Assembly (NCBI GenBank): GCA_963739455.1 | Contig: CAVUAK010000003.1 | Span: 40,930-104,929, forward strand | DNA length: 64,000 nucleotides | Origin: an uncultured Gemmatimonadales bacterium | GTDB taxonomy: Bacteria; Gemmatimonadota; Gemmatimonadetes; Gemmatimonadales; GWC2-71-9 | Direction: 5' to 3' | Shown here: positions 10,041 through 19,256 of the stretch, piece by piece | Layout of the letters: each line of letters starts with the position of its first letter | Position numbering within the stretch: the stretch's first letter is position 1 | Notes under the pieces: generated by a model | The model's database searches: none | What the model was told of the DNA's origin: nothing | The model's input: only the letters and a program-made list of their open reading frames with translations | Translations under genes and position numbers: made by a program

Positions 10041-10975
10041 GGCGCTGCTTCCGGCGCGACAAGCACGCCGAGTTCGGTGTATCGGTTCACCGTCACGTCC
10101 ACGTTCTTCACCCTGACGGGACCGAGCCCCATTCCCGTCGGGGCATCCGCCGCCAGGATGTATGCCCAGCCGGCGCTGGCCCACCGGGTGCTCGGCGACA
10201 GGTAGGCGAGCGTGAAGTTGCCGGCAGCGTCGGTCGTCCCGGTGCCCGCGACGAACCACGTACCCTCGGCATTGTCGGGGTTTCCCACCAGCGCGCGAAT
10301 CGATGCGTTCGCGATTGGCGCGCCCATCCCACTCGTCGCCCGAAGCGTCCCGCTGATCGAGCCCGTCCTGGATGGGTCGAAGGCTTCCACCGTCGCGATG
10401 AACGCGAAACCACTGTCAGTCCGCGGTGGCTCGACGTCCTGCAGCGGTATGAAGCTCCGTCCCACGTCGAAGTGAATCAGGATGTTGCCGCCGCTGTCGG
10501 CGATCGCAATCGGTTCGGGAACGTTCGACTTGAGGATCCGCTCGCCCGCACCTGACCAGTCGATTCCCGGCGAGCTCGTGCCGGTGAGCGTCCGTCCGTC
10601 CCGGAGCGTCAGGCTCGACAGGTCGGTGTTGATGGTGACGCACACCGCCCGGTAGTCGCCGGCCGGCAGCTTGATGGTGTCGAGCAGGGCAGTGGTGCCG
10701 TGCTGCAATGCGAGCAGGTCGATGGTCCGGTTTGGCGCCGCCACCTCAACTGCCCCGGTGCACGCCGATCCCGTGCTGCCCGAATCCGTCCCCACCGTCA
10801 CCCGCACGATGAACAGGTCTGCGCGCGCTACCAGGTCGTAGGGAAACGGGGTGTCGGTGATCAGGATCGACGTCGCCGAGGAGGGCGCCCCAGAATCCGC
10901 CGGATCGGGATCAGAGCAGGTGGCCGTGCCGGCAACCAGCACTGCCAGGACGGCGAGCTTGTGTGTCACGCGCAT
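10037..10975 (-). CDS. DUF4382-like lipoprotein with C-terminal carboxypeptidase-regulatory-like domain
   Basis: MRVTHKLAVLAVLVAGTATCS lipobox. ILITDTPFPYDL...IDLLALQHG...LPAGDYRAVCVTI pattern. C-terminal GTISG...DAAGNFTLAYL. Its stop overlaps the convergent NodT stop (CTAG). Confidence 0.6.
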   Translation of the reverse strand: MRVTHKLAVLAVLVAGTATCSDPDPADSGAPSSATSILITDTPFPYDLVARADLFIVRVTVGTDSGSTGSACTGAVEVAAPNRTIDLLALQHGTTALLDTIKLPAGDYRAVCVTINTDLSSLTLRDGRTLTGTSSPGIDWSGAGERILKSNVPEPIAIADSGGNILIHFDVGRSFIPLQDVEPPRTDSGFAFIATVEAFDPSRTGSISGTLRATSGMGAPIANASIRALVGNPDNAEGTWFVAGTGTTDAAGNFTLAYLSPSTRWASAGWAYILAADAPTGMGLGPVRVKNVDVTVNRYTELGVLVAPEAAP

Positions 10976-11035
10976 GGGAACCTCCCAGGGTGATGCCGGG
11001 GACACTGAACAGGTATGTCCCGGTCCCGGTGCACG

Positions 11036-11500
11036 CTAGAGCCCCAGGTCGATTAGCCCAGGGTGGTCCGCCGGCCGGATTCCTTGCGGCCAGCGGAACA
11101 GCCGCCCCGATTCCGTGATTGCCACATCGTTGATGCTCGCGTGCCGCTCCGCCATGTAGCCGTCCGCGTCGAACTGCCAGTTCTCGTTCCCGTGCGACCG
11201 GAACCACTGACCCGACGCATCATGCCACTCGTAGACGAACCGCACCGCGATCCGGTTGTCCGTGAAGGCCCACAGCTCCTTGATCAGCCGGTACTCCTGC
11301 TCCTTCGCCCACTTCCGCTCGAGGAACTGCACGATCTCCGCCCGGCCGCGCGGGAACTCGGAGCGGTTCCGCCAACGGCTGTCGATCGTGTAGGCCTCCG
11401 ACACCCGCACCGGGTCGCGGCCGTTCCAGGCATCCTCCGCCTTTCGCACCTTGATGGTGGCGCTTTCACGGTCAAATGGCGGTAGTGGGGGTCTGGTCAT
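11036..11500 (-). CDS. DUF1348-family (NTF2-like) protein
   Basis: [43 protein letters not shown]...[41 protein letters not shown] is the typical DUF1348 signature. Start chosen at MTRPPL. Confidence 0.8.
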   Translation of the reverse strand: MTRPPLPPFDRESATIKVRKAEDAWNGRDPVRVSEAYTIDSRWRNRSEFPRGRAEIVQFLERKWAKEQEYRLIKELWAFTDNRIAVRFVYEWHDASGQWFRSHGNENWQFDADGYMAERHASINDVAITESGRLFRWPQGIRPADHPGLIDLGL

Positions 11501-11518
11501 GGTGCTCCTCCGCGCCTC

Positions 11519-11827
11519 TTGCAATGTTGCCTGCTTCGCTGCTCATTCATGGACATGGTAACTCAAGCTGCGCGCCCCCGCCTGCTCACGCTTGCCATTT
11601 CGGCGCTGCTGGCACTCCAGGCCTGGTTGCTCGCCAGTGCCGTCCTCATTGCCGCGCGTTCGCCCGGCCGACCTGCAATGGTACCCGTCGCCAATGCCCT
11701 GGCCACGGTCCTGCTGCTGGGCGCCATGCTCGTGAGCCAGAGGCATAGGCGCATCGCGTGGGCACTCATCGTGCTTTCGGTTACCTGCATCGTCACCGCC
11801 GCAATCGTAATTCCCCGCATGCAGTAG
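11519..11827 (+). CDS. possible small membrane protein
   Basis: 102-aa ORF with three hydrophobic spans. No family recognised and the start is uncertain. Could be spurious. Confidence 0.3.
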   Translation: MQCCLLRCSFMDMVTQAARPRLLTLAISALLALQAWLLASAVLIAARSPGRPAMVPVANALATVLLLGAMLVSQRHRRIAWALIVLSVTCIVTAAIVIPRMQ

Positions 11828-11924
11828 GTCCGCGCTCGCCGCCTGCCTCGCTGCAGTAGATTCCCTGTGCAGTTGATGTCGTAATTGCAGGTATCGTCCC
11901 ACCACGTTGTAACGGAGAAGGATC

Positions 11925-12368
11925 ATGAAGCGTTCCATCATTGCAGTCATCGCACTGCTCACTACTGCACTTCCTGCCGCTGCCCAGCAACGCATGGGTG
12001 GGCCACCCCAGTCCGGCGCCGGCATTTTCAACGGAATCACCCTCACGCCCGCGCAGCAAAAGCAGGTCGATTCGCTGTACGCATCGAACCAGCCCATGAG
12101 GGACAAGATGCGTGCACAGATGGAATCAGGGCAGCGCCCTGACTCGGCGCAGATGGTGCAGCTGCGTGCCCAGCGGACGAAGACGCTCGGCACGTATCGC
12201 GGTTTCCTCACTCCCGACCAGCAGAAGGTGTTCGACAAGAACATCTCCGAGATGCAGTCACGCATGGAGAGCATGGGAGCTGCTGCTGGTAACAGCGAGA
12301 GGGTCGGGGCAGTGCCGCCTGCGGGGGCCGGTGCCGGAGCAAAGCCAGGCGCATCACCCAAGCCTTGA
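11925..12368 (+). CDS. periplasmic Spy/CpxP-like (LTxxQ motif) protein
   Basis: Signal peptide MKRSIIAVIALLTTALPAAAQ. Two LTxxQ motifs (LTPAQQKQV, LTPDQQKVF). Low-complexity tail. Confidence 0.7.
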   Translation: MKRSIIAVIALLTTALPAAAQQRMGGPPQSGAGIFNGITLTPAQQKQVDSLYASNQPMRDKMRAQMESGQRPDSAQMVQLRAQRTKTLGTYRGFLTPDQQKVFDKNISEMQSRMESMGAAAGNSERVGAVPPAGAGAGAKPGASPKP

Positions 12369-12880
12369 GTCAGCACCACGAAGTGCCGGCGGCGGGCACG
12401 GACGCCATTCGCATCGTCCCGTTCGAGCCCGAACTCGCCGGCCACTTCGCGCGCCTCAACCGCGAGTGGATCGAACGATTTTTTGTCCTGGAGCCGGCCG
12501 ACGTCGTCGTTCTCAACGACCCCCGGGCTGCCATCATCGACCCGGGGGGCATGATCTACTTTGCCCTCCTTGGTGAGGAGGTTGTCGGTACTTGTGCCGT
12601 CATGCCTCACGAGCCGGGAACGCTCGAGCTCGCCAAGATGGCGGTGAGCCCGTCGGCCCAGGGCCGTGGGGTGGGCCGGCTGCTGGGTGAGGCGTGCATC
12701 GTCTTCGCCCGCAGCACCGGTGCGCACACGCTGATGCTCCACAGCAGCTCGAAGCTCGCGCCGGCACTCCACCTCTACGAGACCCTCGGCTTTCGCCACG
12801 CACCAATGCCGCCGGGCGTTGAGTATGTCCGCGCCGACGTGCACATGGAGCTGCCGCTTATTGGCGACGATGCATCGTAA
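12365..12880 (+). CDS. GNAT family N-acetyltransferase
   Basis: 171-aa ORF with acetyl-CoA motif LAKMAVSPSAQGRGVGRLLGEA and C-terminal ALHLYETLGF. 4-nt overlap with the upstream gene. Confidence 0.85.
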   Translation: MSQHHEVPAAGTDAIRIVPFEPELAGHFARLNREWIERFFVLEPADVVVLNDPRAAIIDPGGMIYFALLGEEVVGTCAVMPHEPGTLELAKMAVSPSAQGRGVGRLLGEACIVFARSTGAHTLMLHSSSKLAPALHLYETLGFRHAPMPPGVEYVRADVHMELPLIGDDAS

Positions 12881-13502
12881 GCTGGCCGTGGTGGCCGCGG
12901 TCATCGGGTGGGCTGCGCTCATCCTCCAGATGGGCCTCACCGTCCGCAACAGCCTGGTGACCGGGCACGGCATCGGCCACGGCCTGGCGATCTTCTTCGG
13001 CTTCTTCACCGTCACCACGAACACCTTCATTGCCCTCGTGCTGACGGCGCATGCCGTCGGGTCGAATGCGCCCTTCTGGGCCTTCTTCCGACGGCCCGTC
13101 GTGGTAACCTGCGCCACAGCCTGCATGATTACGGTCGGGATTACCTATTTCTTCTTGCTCCGGCACCTCTGGAATCCGCAGGGCCTCCAGTATTTCGTCG
13201 ACGTCACCCTGCACTATGTCATGCCGGTCCTCACGGCACTCTTCTGGTGGCTGGCAGTTCCTCCTCGTACCGTTGGCTGGGGCGCGGTCGGCGCCATGCT
13301 CATCTATCCTGTCGCGTACCTGCTGTACGTCTTTGCCCGTGCTCCCCTCGTCGGCTCCTATCCCTACTACTTCATCGACGTGAACACGCTCGGCCTTGCG
13401 CGCGCGCTCCTCAATGCCGCCGCCATGACCGCGTTCTACCTGCTGGTCCTCGCTCTCTTGATTGTCCTGGACAGTCGGCGCAGGGGAATTCGTCCCCACT
13501 AG
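12870..13502 (+). CDS. Pr6Pr-family integral membrane protein
   Basis: ATG at 12870 (MHRKLAVVAAVIGWAALILQ). Six hydrophobic spans. FFTVTTNTFIAL and YPYYFID motifs are as I recall for this family. Confidence 0.65.
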   Translation: MHRKLAVVAAVIGWAALILQMGLTVRNSLVTGHGIGHGLAIFFGFFTVTTNTFIALVLTAHAVGSNAPFWAFFRRPVVVTCATACMITVGITYFFLLRHLWNPQGLQYFVDVTLHYVMPVLTALFWWLAVPPRTVGWGAVGAMLIYPVAYLLYVFARAPLVGSYPYYFIDVNTLGLARALLNAAAMTAFYLLVLALLIVLDSRRRGIRPH

Positions 13503-13550
13503 TGGAATTCGCCGTCGCCCCGGGATGACATTCGCGGCGGTTCTGGCCTT

Positions 13551-13610
13551 GCTCCTCACGCTGTCGCAGTTCCTCCTTACGCTGTCGCTGTTCCTCCTCA
13601 TGCTGTTGCA
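13551..13610. repeat. tandem ~21-nt repeat (GTTCCTCCTCACGCTGTYGCW family), 3 units
   Basis: gctcctcacgctgtcgca / gttcctccttacgctgtcgct / gttcctcctcatgctgttgca. The same family occurs at 19893, 25681, 35915 and 44530. Confidence 0.85.
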
Positions 13611-13663
13611 GGCCTCGGCACGGCCCATGCCTTCCTTGCCTCCACTTCATCCCGGAGGCCCGC

Positions 13664-13885
13664 ATGAAGATCGCCGCACTCCTCACCCGCCTCGCTGTCT
13701 ACGCCACCGCGCTGTTCGTCGTCGTCACCGCCCGGCTCCCTGATCCCGCAACTCAATCCACCTTCTCCGCCCTGCGTGCCTCCGCGCCCGAGGCCCACGC
13801 CAGCCCCGCTCGCCTGGTTCTCGCCGGCATTCTCGTTGCCGGCATTTTCATCGAGGTACTTCGCCGGAGGCCCGTATGGCGCTGA
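13664..13885 (+). CDS. small hypothetical membrane protein
   Basis: 73-aa ORF with two hydrophobic spans. Its stop overlaps the start of the next ORF by 10 nt (ATGGCGCTGA). Confidence 0.4.
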   Translation: MKIAALLTRLAVYATALFVVVTARLPDPATQSTFSALRASAPEAHASPARLVLAGILVAGIFIEVLRRRPVWR

Positions 13886-14295
13886 AGAACACCGCACCCA
13901 TCGGTCGCACCGTGAAAGCTGCCTTCAACTGGGTCACCCAGGCCGGCGCCAGCACCCTCAAGAACCTTCCCTTCGGCGGTGCACTCGGTGTGGTCACGGC
14001 AGGCGTCGTCCTCTGGCTTGCCCCGCATCTCATTCCCGAGGGCTGGAGCGCCGAGGCAGTATTGAGTCTCGGCATGGGAGGGGGCATTGTCATTCATCGC
14101 CTCCTCAACGGCATGCTCGGCTGGTTCATTGAGCCGATGCGTCGTCATGTCGGGGCGCGCTGGGAGGCCTGGATTCAGCTCAACAAGCTCGAGGGGTACA
14201 GCAAGCGCGGAATGATCGCCGCCGAGCAGGCACACCTGCTCACCGATCGCATCGTGCAGGACGACATCAACGCAAGGAAAAAGGGGCGGCTTTAG
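13876..14295 (+). CDS. hypothetical membrane protein
   Basis: 139-aa ORF with two TM spans followed by a charged helical tail. High GC3. A terminator hairpin spans its stop codon. Confidence 0.5.
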   Translation: MALKNTAPIGRTVKAAFNWVTQAGASTLKNLPFGGALGVVTAGVVLWLAPHLIPEGWSAEAVLSLGMGGGIVIHRLLNGMLGWFIEPMRRHVGARWEAWIQLNKLEGYSKRGMIAAEQAHLLTDRIVQDDINARKKGRL

Positions 14296-14302
14296 CCGCC
14301 CC
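14283..14302 (+). terminator. GC-rich hairpin at a convergent gene junction
   Basis: GGGGCGGC-ttta-GCCGCCCC (8-bp stem) spanning the TAG at 14293-14295. Confidence 0.6.
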
Positions 14303-14318
14303 ACGTGGTGTTCACCGT

Positions 14319-14342
14319 TCACGTCCTCACGTCTTCACGTCC
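14319..14342. repeat. tandem octamer array (TCACGTCC x3)
   Basis: tcacgtcc tcacgtct tcacgtcc. The same unit recurs at 17635-17650. Overlaps the stop of the reverse-strand hydrolase gene. Confidence 0.85.
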
Positions 14343-15156
14343 TGAGGAACTCGAGTAGGTCCGCGTTGAACTTCTCCTTCTCCGTCGTCGTCAGGCCGTG
14401 CGCCGCGCCCGGGTACACCTTGAGCGTCGCGTCCTTCACCAGCTTGACGGCCTTCCGTGACGCGTCGTCGATCGGGACGATCTGGTCGTCGTCGCCGTGG
14501 ATGAACAGCGTCGGGACGTCGATCTTCTTGAGGTCTTCGGTGAGGTCGGTCTCGGAGAAGGCCTTGATGCAGTCGTACGCCGCCCTGAGCCCCACCTGCA
14601 TCGACCACATCCAGAACGCCTCGCGCACCCCTTCGGAGATCTTGGCCCCCGGCCGATTGTAGCCGTAGAACGCATGCTGAGGTCCTCGGTAGAACTGCGA
14701 CCGGTCGCCGCTCACCCCGGCGCGGATGCCGTCGAACGCCGACAGCGGCAGGCCCTCCGGGTTCGCCTCCGACTGCAGCATGATCGGCGGAATCGCGCCG
14801 ACCAGCAGCACCTTCGAGACCCGCTTGGTGCCGTGGCGGCCGATGTAGCGCGTCACCTCGCCGCCGCCGGTCGAGTGACCCACCAGCACGATCTTCTTCA
14901 GGTTCAGCTTCTCGATCACCTCGGCGAGGTCATCGGCATACGTGTCCAGGTCGTTGCCGTTCCATGGCTGGCCCGAGCGGCCGTGCCCGCGGCGGTCGTG
15001 CGCCACCGCCCGGAACCCGTTGTTGGCCACGAACATCATCTGGTCGTCCCACGCATCGGCGTTGAGCGGCCAGCCGTGACTGAAAACCACCGGCTGCCCC
15101 TTGCCCCAGTCCTTGTAGAAGATCTTCGTCCCGTCCTTCGTGGTGACCTTGCCCAT
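14335..15156 (-). CDS. alpha/beta hydrolase (non-heme chloroperoxidase/arylesterase-like)
   Basis: 273-aa ORF: [35 protein letters not shown], nucleophile elbow GHSTGGGE, C-terminal GAAHGL. Confidence 0.9.
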   Translation of the reverse strand: MGKVTTKDGTKIFYKDWGKGQPVVFSHGWPLNADAWDDQMMFVANNGFRAVAHDRRGHGRSGQPWNGNDLDTYADDLAEVIEKLNLKKIVLVGHSTGGGEVTRYIGRHGTKRVSKVLLVGAIPPIMLQSEANPEGLPLSAFDGIRAGVSGDRSQFYRGPQHAFYGYNRPGAKISEGVREAFWMWSMQVGLRAAYDCIKAFSETDLTEDLKKIDVPTLFIHGDDDQIVPIDDASRKAVKLVKDATLKVYPGAAHGLTTTEKEKFNADLLEFLRT

Positions 15157-15181
15157 TGCACTCTCCGGATGTCTGCGCTGG

Positions 15182-15237
15182 AACCCTCAACCCTCAACCC
15201 TCAACCCTGAACCCTGAACCCTCAACCCTGACCCCTC
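15182..15237. repeat. tandem heptamer array (AACCCTS x8); complement GGGTT-type, G4-capable
   Basis: aaccctc x3, aaccctg x2, aaccctc, aaccctg, acccctc. Located between two reverse-strand genes. Confidence 0.9.
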
Positions 15238-15353
15238 ACTCACGACTGGGGGTCTCCGCTGTATACCACTGGAAGTCCGGTGAGATCCTGCATGAAGGTC
15301 TCCCGGCTGACCTGCCGCGCCAAATGAGCAGGGGATATCGGTAGTTCTGTGAC

Positions 15354-15839
15354 CTAACGCGGGTCGTCTTCGGCTTTCACGTAGGTCGTGCCGGTCGGAC
15401 CCACCCCGGTGATCTGCACCAGGACCGCGCTGTCCCTGGTCTCCGCGAAGTGATCGATATCGGTTGGCTCCGTGTAGTAGCTCCCGACCGGCAGCGCCTT
15501 GAGCGCTGCCGCGTCGAAGGACGAGCCGTAGCCGAAGTACCAGGTGCCCGATACCACCGTGGCCACCCGGTCGTCGGGATGCCGGTGCGCCGCGATTCTG
15601 GTGCGCGCTGGAACGTAGAGCAGGATCGTATACAGCCCCGCACCAGTCGGGTCACCCTTGAGTACCATCGTTCGTATGCCCGCCACGCCAGATGTCCCCG
15701 CGCCGGCACCGCCGTTCGCAAGGTCAAACTGGTCGGGCGTGAGACGGATCTCGGCCGCCCCTTGTGCCCCTGCCGCCGACGTCAGCACGAAGCTGGCGAG
15801 CGCGGCAATCACCCCGCGATACCATGCATGGTGTGTCAT
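15354..15839 (-). CDS. secreted cupin-domain protein
   Basis: Start MTHHAWYRGVIAALASFVLTSAAGAQG (signal peptide). Cupin motif AHRHPDDRVATVVSGTWYFG. ATGA overlap with the upstream hydrolase gene (15836-15839). Confidence 0.75.
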   Translation of the reverse strand: MTHHAWYRGVIAALASFVLTSAAGAQGAAEIRLTPDQFDLANGGAGAGTSGVAGIRTMVLKGDPTGAGLYTILLYVPARTRIAAHRHPDDRVATVVSGTWYFGYGSSFDAAALKALPVGSYYTEPTDIDHFAETRDSAVLVQITGVGPTGTTYVKAEDDPR

Positions 15840-16690
15840 GGCGTGAGGAACCCGGTGACCAGGGCGATCGTCGCCTTCGGATTCTCCTCCATGATCCAGT
15901 GCCCGGAATCTGGAACGATGCCCTCCGTCACGTCCGTCGCCACGAAGCGCATCACGGCGGCCATGGTGGGCCCGAACGACTTCTCGCCACCCACCGCCAG
16001 CACCGGCATCGTCAGTTTCCCCCGCGCTGCGACGAGTGCCTTGTTGTCGATCGCGTCCTGGTCGAATGCCTGGAACTGCGAGAACCCCGCATGCATTGCT
16101 CCGGGGCGGGAATAGAGCGCCGCGAAGTGCGCCCGGGACGCCTCGGGAAAGTTCGCCGGGTTCGCCGAAAACTCGTTCCAGAAGCGGTCGAGATAGATCC
16201 GCTCGCGGCCCGCCACCAGCCGCTCTGCGTCCGGCCCCCAGAACGAGAAGTGCCAGAGCGCATGACTCTTCACGATCTCGTCCCACGGGCCGATGCCCGG
16301 CAACGGTGCGTCGATGATGACGAAGCGCTTCACCCGCTCCGGATACTGCGCCGCAAAGGCGTAGCCGACCATGTTACCGATATCATGGGTCACCAGGTCG
16401 GCCTGTGGCACGCCGAGCGCATCGAGCATTCCCGCAATGTCATGGCCCTGGGTCTTCTTGTCGTAGCCGCCCGCTGGCCGCGCCGAAAGCCCCATTCCCC
16501 GGAGATCCGGTACGATCACCGTGAAGCGGTCCTTGAGGGTAGCGGCGAGCAGCCCCCACATGTCACCGGTCTCGCCATAGCCGTGGATGAGCGCGACCGC
16601 CGGGCCTGCGCCCCCGACCCGCACGTTCAGTGTCGTCCCGTTGGTCGGGACCTGACGCACGTCGAAGCCGGGGAAGGAATGCGGATCCAT
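15836..16690 (-). CDS. alpha/beta hydrolase (epoxide hydrolase/haloalkane dehalogenase-like)
   Basis: 284-aa ORF: ALIHGYGETGDMW, nucleophile motif THDIGNMVG, C-terminal DSGHWIMEE. Confidence 0.9.
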   Translation of the reverse strand: MDPHSFPGFDVRQVPTNGTTLNVRVGGAGPAVALIHGYGETGDMWGLLAATLKDRFTVIVPDLRGMGLSARPAGGYDKKTQGHDIAGMLDALGVPQADLVTHDIGNMVGYAFAAQYPERVKRFVIIDAPLPGIGPWDEIVKSHALWHFSFWGPDAERLVAGRERIYLDRFWNEFSANPANFPEASRAHFAALYSRPGAMHAGFSQFQAFDQDAIDNKALVAARGKLTMPVLAVGGEKSFGPTMAAVMRFVATDVTEGIVPDSGHWIMEENPKATIALVTGFLTP

Positions 16691-16701
16691 TGCTTGCCTT
16701 T

Positions 16702-17622
16702 CTATGTGCCGGTGGTGATCAGCTGGCGGGAAACTTCCCAGAGACGTTCGGAATTTGACCGGTCGAGCGCGTAGGGCGCGACGCCCTCGGTGGTACCGGA
16801 GCGACGCGCGATCGGCGCCGCCTCATTGCAGTCGACGAAGTACCGGCCGCCGATTCCCTCCAGCAACGGCGATGTCGCGACGAATACCGAAGTCGCGGCA
16901 CCCTCGTCCACTGTCTTCCTCGACTCCGGAGGCGTCGACATGCCACCGCGATGGCGCTGCAGGTTGGTGTGGATCGCGCCCGGCGTGAGCGAGTTGGCGG
17001 TGATCCCATCGGCCGACCAGCGCGCCGTCGCCTCGACAGCGAAGAGGATATTCGCCGTCTTGGACTGTCCGTACGCCAGGATCGGCTCGTACGGCCGGAA
17101 CGCGAAGTGGATGTCGTCGAACACCACGGGAGATAGCTGGTGCGCGCTCGAGCTCACCGACACGATGCGTGCCCCGCCCGCCTCGGCGAGTGACCGGTGC
17201 AGCCCCAGCGCCAGCGCAAGGTGGCCTAGGTGATTGGTGGCGAACTGCACATCCCGGCCCGAGTCCGTGAGATGATTCGTCTCGGGCAGCGCCATCACGC
17301 CGGCATTGTTCACCAGCACATGGAGCGGCCCGCGCCACCGGGATACGAACGCCTGCACCGACGCGAGGTCGGCAAGATCCAGCAACTCCACTCGTATTCG
17401 CGGGCCTCCTGTCGCAGTCGCCATCGCCTCGGCGACCGGCCTGGCAGCCTCCACGTTACGCACCGCCAGCGTTACTTCAGCGCCCACTCCCGCCAGCGCC
17501 TGCGCCGTCGGGATCCCGATCCCCGATGCGCCCCCGGTCACGATGATTCGCTTGCCCGACAGGTCGATGCCAGCCACGACCTGGGCCGCCGTCGAACGAA
17601 AACCGAAGTCCGTTCTTATCAT
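16702..17622 (-). CDS. SDR family oxidoreductase
   Basis: 306-aa ORF with Rossmann motif VTGGASGIG, NNAG, and catalytic YGQSK. Confidence 0.9.
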   Translation of the reverse strand: MIRTDFGFRSTAAQVVAGIDLSGKRIIVTGGASGIGIPTAQALAGVGAEVTLAVRNVEAARPVAEAMATATGGPRIRVELLDLADLASVQAFVSRWRGPLHVLVNNAGVMALPETNHLTDSGRDVQFATNHLGHLALALGLHRSLAEAGGARIVSVSSSAHQLSPVVFDDIHFAFRPYEPILAYGQSKTANILFAVEATARWSADGITANSLTPGAIHTNLQRHRGGMSTPPESRKTVDEGAATSVFVATSPLLEGIGGRYFVDCNEAAPIARRSGTTEGVAPYALDRSNSERLWEVSRQLITTGT

Positions 17623-17634
17623 GACTGAATCTAC

Positions 17635-17650
17635 TTCACGTCCTCACGTC
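17635..17650. repeat. tandem octamer (TCACGTCC x2)
   Basis: Same unit as 14319-14342, 3.3 kb away. Lies just upstream of the SDR gene start on the reverse strand. Confidence 0.7.
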
Positions 17651-17744
17651 CTCGTGTATTCAAGCTCTCAAGTCCCCCATTCGGGGTATTGCAGATGTAC
17701 GCTGCACGCCCGTAATCTCTCACTGCGCGTTCGTCCTTCATCTG

Positions 17745-18248
17745 ATGGCAGGAGTCACCATGAGCTCGCCCCTTCCCGCCGGCACGCCGGCCCCCGATTT
17801 CGCGCTTCCATCAGCGCCCGATCAGTTGCTGACGCTGGAGTCGTTACGCGGCAATCCCGTCATCCTGGCCTTCTATCCCGCCGACTGGAGCCCTGTCTGC
17901 GGTGACCAGATGGCGCTCTACAACGAGATTCTGCCCGAGTTCAGCCGGCACGGCGCCAGGTTGCTCGGCATTTCGGTGGACGGCGTCTGGTGTCATGCCG
18001 CCTTCGCCGATGCGCGGCACCTCAAGTTTCCGCTCTTGAGCGACTTCGAGCCAAAGGGTGACATCGCGAAGCGCTACGGCGTGTATCGCGGGCACGACGG
18101 CTTCACCGAGCGGGCCCTCTTCGTCATCGACGCCGAGGGAATCATTCGCTGGAGCTATGTATCGCCGGTCGGGGTCAATCCTGGCGCCGATGGCATCCTC
18201 GAGGCTCTCGAGGCCCTCCCGCATTCCGCGTCTGGAGCCCGGGCATGA
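17745..18248 (+). CDS. peroxiredoxin (AhpC/TSA, Bcp/AhpE-like)
   Basis: 167-aa ORF: PAPDFALPS...GNPVILAFYPADWSPVCGDQ with peroxidatic Cys; FPLLSDFEPKG. Confidence 0.9.
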   Translation: MAGVTMSSPLPAGTPAPDFALPSAPDQLLTLESLRGNPVILAFYPADWSPVCGDQMALYNEILPEFSRHGARLLGISVDGVWCHAAFADARHLKFPLLSDFEPKGDIAKRYGVYRGHDGFTERALFVIDAEGIIRWSYVSPVGVNPGADGILEALEALPHSASGARA

Positions 18249-18796
18249 GCGGCGGCCATCTGTCACCTCCGGTGAGCGACCGCGATCACGCGCAGGGAAG
18301 TCCCGATGCGCCCGTCACCCTCGTCGAGTACGGCGACTACCAGTGCCCGCACTGCGGCCGGGCGCATCCCATCATCAAGCAGGTGCAGAAGCGGCTGGGC
18401 AACCGGCTGCGATTCATCTTCCGCAACTTCCCGCTCACCGAGATCCACCCCGACGCCTTGCATGCCGCCGAGGCTGCCGAGGCGGTGGGAGAACACGGCG
18501 GTGCCACCGCATTCTGGCACATGCACGACCTCATCTTCGAGCACCAGCAGGATCTCGGCGATGCTGCATTGGGCAAGCTCGCAACGAAGGCTGGGGCCGA
18601 TGCGGCGAAGGTGCTCGCTGATCTCGCGGCCGGGACGTTCGAGGAGCGCGTGCGCGAGGATTTCATGAGCGGCGTGCGGAGCGGAGTGAACGGTACGCCC
18701 ACATTCTTCATCAACGGCAAGCGCTTCGACGGTTCATGGGACGAGGACTCCCTGGTCCAGGCCCTCGAGGCAGCAACGCACAGCACGCGCGCGTGA
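18245..18796 (+). CDS. DsbA-family thioredoxin-fold protein
   Basis: 183-aa ORF with CxxC (YGDYQCPHCGRAHP) and GVNGTPTFFING. ATGA overlap with the peroxiredoxin gene. Confidence 0.85.
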   Translation: MSGGHLSPPVSDRDHAQGSPDAPVTLVEYGDYQCPHCGRAHPIIKQVQKRLGNRLRFIFRNFPLTEIHPDALHAAEAAEAVGEHGGATAFWHMHDLIFEHQQDLGDAALGKLATKAGADAAKVLADLAAGTFEERVREDFMSGVRSGVNGTPTFFINGKRFDGSWDEDSLVQALEAATHSTRA

Positions 18797-18813
18797 GCCT
18801 GTACCTGGCTTGA

Positions 18814-19248
18814 CCGCTCCAGCTCCCGCGGTCGAGTCGGGCTCGGCGTGGGCCCCGCTTCGGGGCCCTGCTCGACACCAAGGGCCTCGATAGCGACGTC
18901 TCCCGGCACTGGCGGGCTCCGGCGCTCGCCTTCCGGCCCGATCCCGACGCCGGCCCGATCCTGGTCAGCACCCTCTACATCGTAAGCGAGGATCGGGAGG
19001 CCGGCTTTCTCGCCGCGATGGAGGCGGTGCGCCTCTCGCGCCTCCGCACCGGCGCCATCGGTTGGGATCTCTACCGCCATGGAGAATCGGGGCGCCGCTT
19101 CATCGAGACCTTCACCGTGCCCTCGTGGGACGAGCACCTGCGCCAGCACGACAGCCGCCAGACCGGTGCCGATGCGGCACTCGAACGGAAGGCGGAGGCG
19201 TTCTCCGACCCGCCACCCGTAGTCACGCACCTCTTTCCGGTCTTATAG
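18814..19248 (+). pseudogene. start-less remnant resembling the C-terminal soluble extension of MFS 'transmembrane secretion effector' type transporters
   Basis: The open frame from 18814 has no start codon before ATG 19018. It encodes ...PILVSTLYIVSEDREAGFLAAMEAVRLSRLRTGAIGWDLYRHGESGRRFIETFTVPSWDEHLRQH... No TM region lies upstream. Family assignment is from memory only. Confidence 0.4.
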
Positions 19249-19256
19249 TTCGGCCC

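Noticed and set aside
11543-13126. 527-aa reverse-strand ORF, together with other long antisense ORFs such as 4095-4967, 5195-6379, 25683-26810, 36412-37878 and 48077-49105
   Set aside because: These are shadow ORFs typical of high-GC DNA. They lie antisense to genes with clear family signatures, translate to Arg/Gly/Ala/Pro-rich low-complexity sequence, and have poor third-position GC bias in their own frame.
13462-13743. ORFs translating repeat arrays (for example LLTLSQFLLTLSLFLLMLL at 13462-13743, 25674 upstream part, 44407-44856)
   Set aside because: The open frames are created by the 21-nt (3x7) periodicity of the repeats. There is no RBS or family signal, and the frames overlap better-supported genes.
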